Positions 18,772 to 30,189 of a DNA stretch of 64,000 nucleotides are shown piece after piece. The notes under the pieces were generated by a model. It saw only the letters and a list, made by a program, of their open reading frames with translations. It was not told the origin of the DNA and searched no databases. The stretch lies in the NCBI RefSeq assembly GCF_009914755.1, contig NC_060931.1. One strand, given 5' to 3'. This stretch comes from the human T2T-CHM13v2.0 reference genome, Homo sapiens. Position 1 is the stretch's first letter. Each line of letters opens with the position of its first letter. A program made the translations under genes and the position numbers.

Positions 18772-19636
18772 GTGATACATGAATTTAAGTGCTAATGTGA
18801 TGCCCAGGAAACACCCCATTTCCCTTTCTAAAACACTTCCTTCAACAGAACTCAACCTCTCATAGCTGGCGAAGTCTACAGGGATAACAGCCTCTCTTCA
18901 ACCACCCAATTTGATTCAGAACCTCAAACACCACCTCAGTTTCATAAACACCTAAAACATAAACACAACACTTGGTTGTAAGTGAGCCAACAGTTTCTAG
19001 TCTCTTTCTCTGCTCAAGGCTTAAGGCTGTGTCTCCCCAACTATGTTCAGTGGAAGAAAAGATCCCCTGGACAAATAAGTTTGAGAACTGTTGTTGCAGG
19101 ACTTCTGAGAACCTTTAAAACACAAATCCTCATCCGCAGGGATCTTCAGGAGTGAGATGGCTGATGCAGCACAACTTTCTTTCACAGGAGCATCTTGTAG
19201 AATACAGTATGAGATGCTGAAAGGCTGCATTGAGTCTTTTTAAGGGCCAGGGCCTTCGTGGCGGTGGGGTAGAAGCTCTCCAGATAGCATCTAATGAGTA
19301 GGAACATTCAGGTTGCTTTTTTTTTCCTTACTGGCAAAACTGTGTGTGCATCATGAATGAAGACGGTCTCCCTTATCCATATCAAAACTAAACCCTAATT
19401 AATTGGCTAAATTGGGACTCAACACCTCCAGGAGCCATGTGGAAGAAAGCCCCACCACACGTTAAATTAGCTTACCTCATCATATTTGAGGAAAGCAAAA
19501 CGCTTATGACCAGTGTGCTGCTAATACAAGTCAACAGATAATGCTGTATGAAAAATTATTTTTCCCAATCACAGCTAGCAGAGTCCACATTTTGCATTAC
19601 ACCTTCCCTCCTTTTTTAAAATTTTAAACACAGGTC

Positions 19637-19790
19637 CTTTTCTCTCCTTTTTTTAAATTTTAATTTAATTATACAAGACGGAGTCTCAGTATGTGGCCCA
19701 GGCTATTCTTCAACTCCTGAGATCAAACGATACATCCATCTCTGTCTCCCAAAGTGCTGAGATTACAGGCCTGAGACACTGTGCCCGGAC
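19637..19790 (-). mobile_element. FLAM / Alu monomer
   Basis: gacggagtctcagtatgtggcccaggct...cccaaagtgctgagattacaggc...gtgcccgg; flanking direct repeat ttaaacaca. Confidence 0.8.
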
Positions 19791-20156
19791 TTAAACACAA
19801 ATCTTAATTCATTCTTACAATTATCCTGGGGTTAGAAAAATGGAAGGTGAAGAAAAATGGCAAGCAGGTAGGCTGACTTCGGCTTCATTATTTGGAAGGA
19901 CAGTTTGCTCGGTTAAAACACACTACTGCCCACAAAGGCCAAGACAACATATAAATACAGACATATAAATAGACTTTATATGTGACAGCAGTTTGAATGG
20001 AGACTTTTTCAATGCAAATGGCAAACAGCTGTCCTTGGGAATAAATGACAACGAATTTTTTTTTATCTCAACAGCTGTCCTGAGAGCGTGTCTCTACATC
20101 TCTACCTGCATTCTGGAGTCAGGGAGAAAGCCAAAACGGACGACAAGACACTAGAT

Positions 20157-20349
20157 CAGCCCTGTCCAACCCTTTGACTACAAGGACTTTTCCCCCATCT
20201 GTGGTGGTGGGTATCATGAAAATTATGCACAAACCTTTTTTTTTTTTTTAGCTCATCTGCTATCATTAGCGATAGTGTATTTTATCTGTGGCTCAGGAGC
20301 ATTCTTCTTCCAATGTGGCCCTGAGAAGCCAAAAGACTGGACACCTGTG
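20157..20349 (-). mobile_element. MER30-family hAT MITE
   Basis: ttagctcatc...ttcttccaatgtggccc...gaagccaaaagactggacacc; perfect 8-bp TSD CACTAGAT at 20149-20156 and 20350-20357. Confidence 0.88.
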
Positions 20350-20470
20350 CACTAGATCAAAAGGCTACTCCTTCTGGAAGCAATTGTAAAGAATTTCTGA
20401 CATTATCTTGACATGAAAACCAATGGATAGTGGGACAGAATGCAAAATCTTCAAGAATTTTTCTTGTTGG

Positions 20471-20731
20471 TTTTTTTTTTTTTTTGAGTCAAGGTGTTGT
20501 TCTGTGGCCCAGGCTGGAATACACTGGTGAGATCACAGCTCAGTGCAGGCTCAAGTGCTCCTCCCACCTCAGCCACAGTAGTAGCTAGGACTACAGATGC
20601 ACATAATCACTCTTGGCTAATATTTTATTTTTTGTAGAGATGGGGTCTCATTATATTGTCCAGGTTGGTCTCAAACTCCTTGACTCAAGGGATCCAGGAC
20701 AGGATAACAGGCGTGAGCCACCACACCTGGC
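20471..20731 (-). mobile_element. AluJ
   Basis: poly-T, gcccaggctgga...gatcacagctc...ttttgtagagatggggtctc...caggcgtgagccaccacacctggc. Confidence 0.88.
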
Positions 20732-21124
20732 TATGTGCATGAACTTTTAAGACAAATACAAGGCTCCACAAAAATTAAGGTTTTCCCACCTAATTTCCAG
20801 GGCATCTCTTGGTGCAAGGATAAGAAACCCTTAAAAGTACACAGACATCTCCAAAGATTCAAGACAGTTCATTCAGGCTGAGCCAGCCCACTCGGCAGAC
20901 TGACCTTCAAAAAAGGCCCACCCATCACATACACCAGATGGCTGTCCAAGAATCTCTTCAGTCCTCAGGGTCCGTTAGGTACTGGACAGATCTAGTAAAG
21001 CAAACCCATTTGCTTCTTCCTGCAGGAAACCCCTTGAGGTCAAGACCCCACAATCAGATGAGGATGGAGTGGCTCACCCTCAGTCAACAGGCCAGACTCA
21101 AGGTGGTATAATGTCTTAACCAAG

Positions 21125-21272
21125 GGTGTGGGACTCCAGGTCTGAATCCTAACTCAGTTCTCCTTTGATAACCACACTTTGTTAATTCTCCTTAACAGGG
21201 GTTCCTGGCAAGTCATTTCTCCCTCAGGCCTTTGGTTTCCTCACCTACAAGATGAGAAGGCTGCACCAGATG
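21125..21272 (+). mobile_element. MIR fragment
   Basis: ggtctgaatcctaactc...ggcaagtcattt...ggtttcctcacctacaagatgag. Confidence 0.55.
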
Positions 21273-21556
21273 GAAATTCGGGGCGTAAGGGGATGTCCGC
21301 ACGCAGCCCACCCCGCCCACGGGCCCCTCGAGCCTCTATCACAGTTCCCAACACGCACCCGCCCCGCAAATCCTGCCCAAGCTGAGGGCTGGTCCCGGGT
21401 GCTCCGACTGCCGCATCAGCGAGTGCAGGAGGGAGGAGAAGCCTCCAAAGGGCCGATGCGGGCTCAAGGATGCAACTCGGCCAGGAGTGAACTGGGGCCC
21501 CGAGGGAGATGTCCAGTCCGTTGCTGGAGCCCAGCCCTGGTCCCCGACCCCCTTAC

Positions 21557-21786
21557 CTGCAGGGTCCATATCTCCTGCTGGTGAGGTCCTTGGACACAGC
21601 GCACTTGGTGCGCAGCCCGCGCAGGCTGCCAACGGAGATGCCGATGAGCTTCTGGAGCTGCCGGCACTGCTGTAGCACCCGGCTGGCTGCGGCCCCTGTG
21701 CCTCCCTCCGCGATAGCCGCGTCACCCCCGCCACAGCTCTCCTTCTTTTCTCCCATCGGGGCTGAGCGCAGCACCGCTCTATGCAG
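21557..21786 (-). pseudogene. KSR1P: Unprocessed KSR1 exon-1 copy (KSR1P1-like paralog)
   Basis: Translates as (L)[75 protein letters not shown] versus recalled KSR1 [77 protein letters not shown]. First ATG is CTG, there is a 1-bp deletion after DLT, and a CAG|GTAAGG donor is at 21557/21556. Confidence 0.93.
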
Positions 21787-21939
21787 GCTGCAGCAGCCCA
21801 GGAACAGAGCCTGGGGCGCGTGTGTCTAGGCAAGGAACCCCCGAACCGGGAGAGCTGGACCAGGAGTGACCCTCGGCCCCGCCTTAGCCAGGACGCCGGT
21901 AGATCTGGCAGCCAAGTCTGCCGATCCCGCCCTCAGACC

Positions 21940-23350
21940 CACGGCGGTGGGGGCAAAAAGCCGCGGCGATGGGGACAAATACCCGCGATGGCGGGGTGAA
22001 AAAGCCGCAGCGGTAAAAACCTGTGGCGGCGGGAGTAAAAAGCCACGTCGGCAAAAAGCCGCGGCGGCTGGGAAAAAGCCGCGGCCGCGGGGGCAAAAAG
22101 CCACAAAAAGCCTCGGCGGCGGGCGCAAAAAGCCGCAACGGTGGGGTCAAAAAGCCGGGGGGGTGGGGGGAAAAGCTGGGGCGACGGGGGCAACAAGCCA
22201 GGGCGGTGGGGGCAACAAGCCACAGCGACAAAAAGCTGCGGTGGCGGGGGCAAAAAGCCGCGGCGGCAGGGGCAAAAAGCTGCGGTGACGAGAGCAAAAA
22301 GCCTTAAAAAGCCTCAGCGTCGGGGGCAGAAAGCCGCGACGGCGGGGGCAAAAAGCCGCGGTGGCGGGGTAAGAAGCCACGGCGGCAAAAAGATATGGCG
22401 GCAGTGGCAAAAAGGCGCGGCGGGGGCAAAACGGTGCGGCGGCGGCAAAAAGCCGCGGCGGCGGGGCCAAAAAGCCTCAAAAAGCCGCGGTGTCTGGTGC
22501 CAAAAGCCGTAAAAAGCCGTGGCGGAGGGGGTAAAAAGCAGCAAAAAGCCGCGGCAGAGGGGGCAAAAAGCAGGGTCGGCAAAAAGCCACTACGGCGGGG
22601 ACCTGAAGCCGCAAAAACCTTTGGCGGCAGGGGCAAAAACTCGTGGCGGCGGGGTCAAAAAGCGGCTGGGGTGATAAAAAGCCATGGCGGTGGGGGCAGG
22701 AAGCCGCGTAGGGGGCAAGGAGCCGCGGGGGCTGGGACAAAAAGCCGCGGTGGCGGAGGCAAAAAGCTGCAAAAAGCCCAGGCAGTGGGGGCAAGAAGCC
22801 GCGGCAGGAAAAACCTGAGGCGGCGGGGGGAAAAAGCCGCGGCGGCAGGGGCGAAAAGGTGTAAAAAGCTGCGGTGGCGGGGGCCACAAGCCGCGTCGGC
22901 AAAAAGCCGCAAAAAGCCTCGGCGGCGGGGCAAGAAGCCACGGCGGGAAAAACCTGCGGCGGCGGGGGTGAAAAGCAGTACAAAGCCGCGGCGCCGGGGG
23001 CCAAAAGCCATAAAAAGCCACGGCGGCGGTGACAAACAGCCGCGGCGGAAAAAAAAAATCACGGTGGCGGGGACAAAAAGCTGCGGCAGCAGGGAGAAAA
23101 AAGCCGCAAAAAGCCGCGGCGGCGAGGGCAAACAGCCGTGGCTTCGGGGGCAAAAAGCCGCGGCGGCGAGGGGAGAAAGACGCCAAAAGCTGCGGCGGCA
23201 AAAAGCCGTGGCAGCGAGGGCAAAGAGCCCCAAAAAGCCGCGGCGGGAGGGGCTAAATTCCGCGAGGCTGGGGGCAGAAAGCCACAAAAACCCACAGCGG
23301 CGGGGTCAAAAATCCACGGCGGCAAAAAGCCACGTCAGCGGGGGCAAAAT
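21940..23350 (+). repeat. GC-rich tandem repeat, unit ~CAAAAAGCCGCGGCGGCGGGGG (22 bp, with 16- and 10-bp variants)
   Basis: Dozens of AAAAAGCC cores, e.g. caaaaagccgcggcggcagggg at 22251; resembles CAAAAAGCGGG-type repeats described at pericentromeric duplication junctions. Confidence 0.92.
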
Positions 23351-23495
23351 AGTGGAAATGGGGTAGAAGGCCAGAACAGCTTGGCATTCCTGGAGTGTGA
23401 TGTGGAAGGAAAAGTGCAGAGGAAGACAAACAAAGATGTAAGTAGGCTTGACTCAGTGCAGCTAAGAACCCACATGTTATCTTGATGTTATCCAT

Positions 23496-23622
23496 CAGCT
23501 AATTTTTTGTATTTTAGTAGAGAAGGGGTTTTACCACGTTGGCCAGGATGGTCTCGATCTCCTGACCTCATGATCCATGCACCTCAGCCTCCCAAAGTGG
23601 TGGGATTAGAGGCATGAGCCAC
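23496..23622 (-). mobile_element. Alu left-arm fragment (AluS/Y)
   Basis: cagctaattttttgtattttagtagag...ggccaggatggtctcgatctcctgacctcatgatcc...gagccac. Confidence 0.9.
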
Positions 23623-24661
23623 AAAGTGCTCAAAAAAATCTATTAATTAAAAAATGTGTATGTAGCCATCTTTAATCTACCATGTCCATTAGCAGATAAA
23701 TACTATAAGCAAAATAACAACAGTGAAAGAAACATAGACTTAGATACTCTGATTTATTTAATAAAAATTTGAAAATAGACCAAATTACTCTATGATAAAA
23801 AAAAATCTGTTACTATTGAGGATGAGGGTTAGTGTTTGGAAAGGGGCAGGAGAAGTATCTCTATTTTTAGTAATGTTCTATTTTCATACATGGTTATAAG
23901 CAAATACATGTGTTTCATTAATGAAGCTATCCATATTTAATCATTGTACTTTTCTGCATGTATGATATATGTCAATAAATGTCTTAAATTATATACAGCA
24001 AAAATAGACAAAAACACAAGAAGACATACACAAATGTTAAACCTAGAGAGAAATGTGAATATAAGTAAGTCTCTGAATGACTGATAGAACAAACCAAAAA
24101 ATAGGATGGAGAGGTTTGGAACAGCATGATTAGCAAAATTGACATATCTGTCTTTTAATATAGGTAGAAACATAGTTAGATAAAAAAAGGACTTGTCTCG
24201 GAGCATGATTTCTGAAAATAGTGGAATCGAGTTTGAATATAGTAAGTGCATATAAATAAATGTCTTAAAACTTCTCTTATGTTAGCTAATTAAGAAATAT
24301 TATTGTAATAGACATTAAAAAATATTTTAATAAATTGAGTGCATTTCTCACGCTAAGGAAATGATCTTACTTGCATTTGATAGTTCAATTAGATGCATAT
24401 ATACCTATAGGTAGTTTAACATATTTCTAATAACCTTATGTACTTTTAAAAAGCATTGATATATGTTTGCACTATCTAGTCTATAGAGTACACATACCAA
24501 ACATGATTATCGCTCTTCTGCTGTAAACTTCAAATGTCTAATTAATACAAAAATCTAGAATGAGAAGAGTTCTTTGCAATTTTTTTTTTTTACCAAATAG
24601 AATATAGGAAAGATAGCTGCAAATATACCTGACACACTTATCTGTGAGTATGGTGGTAGCC

Positions 24662-24957
24662 TTTTTATTTTATTTTATTTTGAGAGAGGGTCTCACTTTG
24701 TCACCCAAGAGGGAGTGCAGTCATGTGATCAGAGCTCACTGAAGCTTTCACATACTGTGCTCAAGCGATTCTCCCACCTCAGTCTCCTGAGTAGCAGGGA
24801 CTGCAAGTGCATGACACCATACTAGCTAATTTTTGTAAAGATGGGGTTTCACCATGTTGCCCTGGCTGATCTCCATCTCCTGGACTCAAGAGATCTGGCC
24901 ACCTTGGCCTCCCAAAGTGCTGGGATTATAGTTTTGGGGCACCGCGATCAGCCCAGC
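24662..24957 (-). mobile_element. AluJ
   Basis: (tttta)n gagagagggtctcactttgtcaccc...cttggcctcccaaagtgctgggatta. Confidence 0.88.
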
Positions 24958-27399
24958 CTTAAAAAAGGCAGACTAGAGATCTTTATCTATGTATATCTAT
25001 ATCTATCTATAAAATAAACATATGTGTTCCTTATATAAAAATATATATTATTAATATTATATAAAATTTTTTTCGAGGTAGAAATATATAAAGAGGGTGC
25101 ATGTAGAGCCTGGGTCATTGTGTAGTGAAGCTCAAGGCCTCTGAAGAAATGCCCCTTGCCTCTTTTGTCTGGGCTAGAATCCGAGAAGGGAAAGCAGCAG
25201 ATGCACTGGTTCCCAGGTTCTTGGCATCCTACAGAGAGAAACTTGAGCTAGGGTAGTGTTTAACACCCTTGTTCTTACTCTTCTGTTTTATGTAGTAAGC
25301 AGAGACTAGCTTCATGAGAACAGACAGTGACAGTCAAGGCTGTCTGTTATTTTGTGCAGCATTAAATGAGAAATTCTAGCTCCTGAAGACCTCTGGGCCA
25401 TTTGAGGGTAGGTGCAGGGGAGGAAAGGGAAGTTTGCATCCCTCCTGCTGTGTAGAGAACCCGTGGGAAGCACAGACCTTGTCCTAACTGAAGGCATAAC
25501 CCCTTCCTAACCAGCTTCTCATCAGCCAACCTTGGATGAGTTTCCATGTCTATTTACTAAATAATCCTTATTGCTCTTCTTCATATGGGCAAAGTATGGT
25601 TTACAGGGAATATTGTTCCTTTGAGCACCCATCGTGGAAACCCCTTCCTGTTGTGGGAAAACAGGCTTCCATATGTGTCTTATTGGGAAACACATAGGCA
25701 GTTTCTATGTTTTTACTGCATCTATTTCAGGGATATGGGAACTGAATAGTGCCCATCAAAGTCTCACCTGATGTTGGAAATTGATCTGAGAGCGCGGAAG
25801 GGCAGAATTCTTTCTTTGTTCCTGGACAGCGGTGGTTGAGGGATCATTCTGTGGCAACTACAGTGGCAATGATGGAGGCAGAATAGAGGGCTCAGTACCA
25901 AGACAAGGAGAGACTTGGCCTCACAATGGCAGCATTGCAGGGGTGCGCTCTACAGATCATTCGCTCACATGGTTTTGGGCATTGTCTCTAAATACATTGC
26001 TTCCCCAATAGGTTGACCCATTCTAACTAACTCCTTTTCTCTTTAAAAAAGCAAACTTAATTTGTATGTCTTGCAATTGTAAACGACAGCAATTGGCCAG
26101 TTATCATTCAAATTCTGTTACTTAATCCTGCCTTTTCCTGACGTATGCAACTTTCGCCTAAAAAATTGGACACTGTGTTGCTTACTCATTGTCTTTACAC
26201 ATTTTACAATGTTGCTTTGTGCCCCCAATCCCTAACTACATTTTCAATGTTTTGCAAGTGGAGTCCATGTGTTCTTGATTTACATGAAGCTCAAAATAAT
26301 GGTTATAGTAACTAGTACAAACCTTTTGGCCTCTTCCTTAAAATTCAGGGAAGCATGTCCTCCAAAAAACAGAATCAAAATATAAATAAAAGACTGGCTT
26401 AAGATGAAAGGAAACCTTACAAATGAAAAGAAGCCAGATGAGAGGCACTTAACTGAGAATGAAAAGAAACTGAGTGGACAAAATAATTATGAGAAGATGA
26501 ACCTTCAAATCAGAAAGAGGGCAAAAAGCTTATTTGATACTATGGGAACTCAAAAGAGAGTGAACACAAATGTGAAAATTCCAGGAGTAAAGGAAAGTAG
26601 CATAGCTAAATTAAGAGCATGAGAAAATGTATACAATTTTGAGTAATAAGAACAGAAATCAAAAGTAACTATTATATGTTATATTTTAGTAGAGCAACAC
26701 TGAAGAAGAATGAAAACAAGAAATAATATTAAATATGAACATATGGATAACAGAATAATATTTTTAAAATTTTTAGTTTCTAAGCTTCTCTGAAATTTTA
26801 ATTTTGTTTTCTTATGTAATACCAGAGTTATTAGGAAGGTATTATCTAATAACACTATTTTCAGTGATATTTTAAGTAGTTGTCCTAGAAAAATTTTATT
26901 TTTAAAAAATGTATATTTAAAAATACATTAAATGTGTATATACATCAATCATATGTATCGATTTCTGTTTTTCTTGAATTGCAAATGAAATTTGTATTTT
27001 TGTGTTCCTGGAATAAAATAAACTTGAATGGATTGTAATATGTTATTCATGCTGTAATTCAATGTATTTGAATACTTTAAAAATGTTACATTTATAGTTA
27101 ACAGATACTGACCTATAAATTTTCTGTCATATAATGATGCTGTGAGACAATCAAGAAGAATTAAAATTTAAATTCATGTATTCCTACTTTTTTCTCTTCT
27201 CTAACTGTAATATATTTTAATTACAGATGGAGGAACAGATAGATGTTAGATAAATAGATATACAATAGATAGATCATCCAAAATTCTTATTCTTGTGGTT
27301 TTATGTAGTCAGTATTTACCTCTATTTTTCTACATGTTTATCCTTCCAATTTAGTTCATTACTTCCTGCACCTTTGATGTCATATATATAAACAGGAAA

Positions 27400-28128
27400 T
27401 AACACATGGTGGCCGGGATGTAGAGAGAGCCACAGGACTTGTGAATAAAATCCACAGACAGGGATGTGTCGATTCCTTTTGCAATATTGGAGGGAATGCC
27501 AAACCCTATGTTTGCTGTGGAAAAGAGTATAGTAGTTCCTCAAAACATCAAAATGGTATTGCCTTATGATTCGGCAGCCCCATATCTCAAGATAGCAAAA
27601 GAATTGAAAACAGAGTCTTGAAAAAATATTTGCACATCCATGTTTGCAGCAGCATTATTGGCAAGAGCTAAAACGTAGAAGCAATTGAAGTGTCCAACAA
27701 CAGATGAATGGATAAGCAAAACATGATATATACATACAATGGAAAATTATTCAGCCTTAAACATGAGGGAAATATTCTGACATATGTTGCAACTTGGATG
27801 AAACTTGAGGATATTATGCCAAGTGAAATAAGTTAGTCAGTGAAGGACAAATACAGTATAATTCCATTTGTATAAGAGACTTAAAAGGGACAGAATCACA
27901 GAGATACTACAATGATGATTGCCAGAAGCTGGGGAGAGGAAGACATGGGGAAGTACTGTTTAATGGGTATAGAGTTTCAGTTTCACAAGTTGAAACGAGT
28001 TATGGAGATGGATGGTAGTGATGGCTGCACAATGTTATGACTCTATTTAGTACCACTGAACTGTACACTTAAAATGGTTAACAGAGTACATTTTATGTTA
28101 TGTGTATTTTACCACAATAAAAAAATAA
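27400..28128 (+). mobile_element. L1MB-type 3' end
   Basis: cagatgaatggataagcaaa...ggatgaaacttgaggatattatg...tttaatgggtatagagtttcagt...ccactgaactgtacacttaaaatggttaa...ccacaataaaa. Confidence 0.85.
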
Positions 28129-29854
28129 AATACCTTAGGAACATTTTCCTGAAAGAGTCCACATAAAATTCATTTTAATGCATGTGTTTATGCATAGCTT
28201 TCTATTTTTCTCTTTCCTATTTATATTCCAAATTAGAATATAATGCTAATCAAGCATAGTGGCTGTGTTTCTTGCTTCCTCTAGTCTGCAGGTAGCATAC
28301 AAATGTAGTAAACTACTCATTAATGTCACATCTATTTATTTTCTGCCTTATACCAAGATTGTGGGATTCTCTTAAATACAACATTTTATACTTACACCTA
28401 TGCAATACCCATTAGCATCGCCTTCCTAAATCAGGGGAAATTGAGTCTCTGTAAGGTGCAGTAACTTACTAAGATACAAAACTCAGCATTAAAGTCTGTA
28501 TAATTCAATATCCTGCACTCTTCTCATTTGTCTTTACTGCCTTTTATGTATGTGTTAGATGTTCAATAAATTCTCTTTTTTAAACTGAATTTAAGCAGTG
28601 GAGCAGTGTTTTGTTGAACAATAAATATGATATTGGACACTCTTCCTCCCTTTCATTTATGATGCAGTTCATGAAAAAGAGAAATTCTTTCATTGTGCTA
28701 GAAGCTTAAAATAATGAAAATGCCACTTTCTACATAAAACAGAAACTGAAGGGAATCAAGATGAATTGGATGAGACATAGAAAACAAGTGGGAAATAAAT
28801 CTAGTATAATTTCCCCTTTGTGTACCTTTGTTATTTAGCATTTGAGAAAATGTTTCCCCCAAATATCTTCCCATCTTAATTCATGTCTATAAAGTAGACA
28901 TTTATGTCTCACCTTGTCAAGAACGGCAAACTCTAACATAAACATTTCCCAAAAATGCTTCCTGCTAAAACATAAGCTCCGTCTGGCTAGAAATTAAGAT
29001 CACTTCATAAAAATTAGTTGGTAGCTAATCTTTGCATGCTGTTCTCTGAAATTGAGTGAAAGTGGTCCATCAGGCATACAGGGAATGACGGAAAAGGTGA
29101 CAACAGAACATGAATGCTATGTCACTAACCTTCAAAGATGACCTGCCTTTTCTTTCAAATTCTTGATATCTTAAGACTTCATTAATTCATCTCTCTTTGC
29201 CCTTGGTTCAACATTGTGCTATACCAAAACTCATGTAAAACAATGATCTATTGTAATAAAAATGGCATTTTTCTTTCATGTAGATGCAAGCTATCTGGCA
29301 TTTTTACAATCAACATACTTCCGTTGTCAATTTTTCATTCTGTATTGGAACTAATTGATAGGTATTTTTGAAGGGATGAAGGTGTTTCTGTGTTCATTGT
29401 GATCCAAAAGTTTTTTAGACCTAGTGGTGTTTGTAAAACAATTTGTGCCAGCTGACCAAGGATCACTGTGGCAGAAAGCAGCAAACTTGCATAAGATGTT
29501 GCTGCCTCATCAGTTGGCTTTGAAAACTAGGGGCTTATTCTATAGTCTTATGAATCAAAGACATTGATAGATGTAGTATAAGATTACAATCATATTTTCC
29601 TTTTGACAGTCACATTATAAAGCATGATGTATTGCAATTAATCTCAATTAGCTGATGACAATTAAAATTAATAGTTTATTATTGCTGATAAACAATCATG
29701 ACTCTCCTGTTCTCAAATGTGCAAGGAATCTTGTAATTTTAATACAAATTTGCATATAATTACTAATTGATTTAATCTCATTGGATTTGGTTCATGGATC
29801 CAATTTCTTAAAATATTGATAATGGGATAATGATTTGTCTCCCCATTTCATTTA

Positions 29855-30180
29855 CACTAAAAGACAATTCTTACAATGATCTGCAAGCCCATCGTGATCT
29901 GCCGCATGTTAACCACCAAAATTCTTTTATGTCTTCACCCTTGATCTTACCAGTGGTCCTGGCCACCTCACTGTCCTCTGGACATGCCAACATGCTGCTG
30001 TCTTATGACCAAGACTCTAGTTAATTTCTTGGCTTTGAAAGATAACCTTCCATATATGCATTGATCAGCTCATTCAACTTCCTCAAGTCTTTACTGAAAC
30101 CTCACATTCTCGATGAGACCTATTCAGTATTTCAAACTGCCTCCCAGCTGCAACAGTCCAAAACCCCTTAGTCTTCTGTG
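29855..30180. mobile_element. L2 fragment
   Basis: ttcttacaatgatctgcaagccc...cttcctcaagtctttactgaaacctcac. Confidence 0.5.
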
Positions 30181-30189
30181 TATTTTTGA

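Larger units (their letters stand above)
21280..23350. promoter_or_regulatory. CpG-island-like GC-rich domain (KSR1 exon plus GC repeat)
   Basis: Very dense CpG with many CCGCGG sites in an otherwise AT-rich, CpG-poor window. Confidence 0.75.

Noticed and set aside
18185-18795. His/Phe/Ile/Ser-rich ORFs of 164 and 96 aa
   Set aside because: Products of the (CATTT)n repeat
21557-21786. Functional KSR1 gene
   Set aside because: Start codon lost, frameshift present, no exon 2 recognised and the segment ends at repeat/L1 within 3 kb
21826-23325. Many minus-strand Pro/Ala/Phe-rich ORFs
   Set aside because: Low-complexity repeat read in overlapping frames, mostly non-ATG starts
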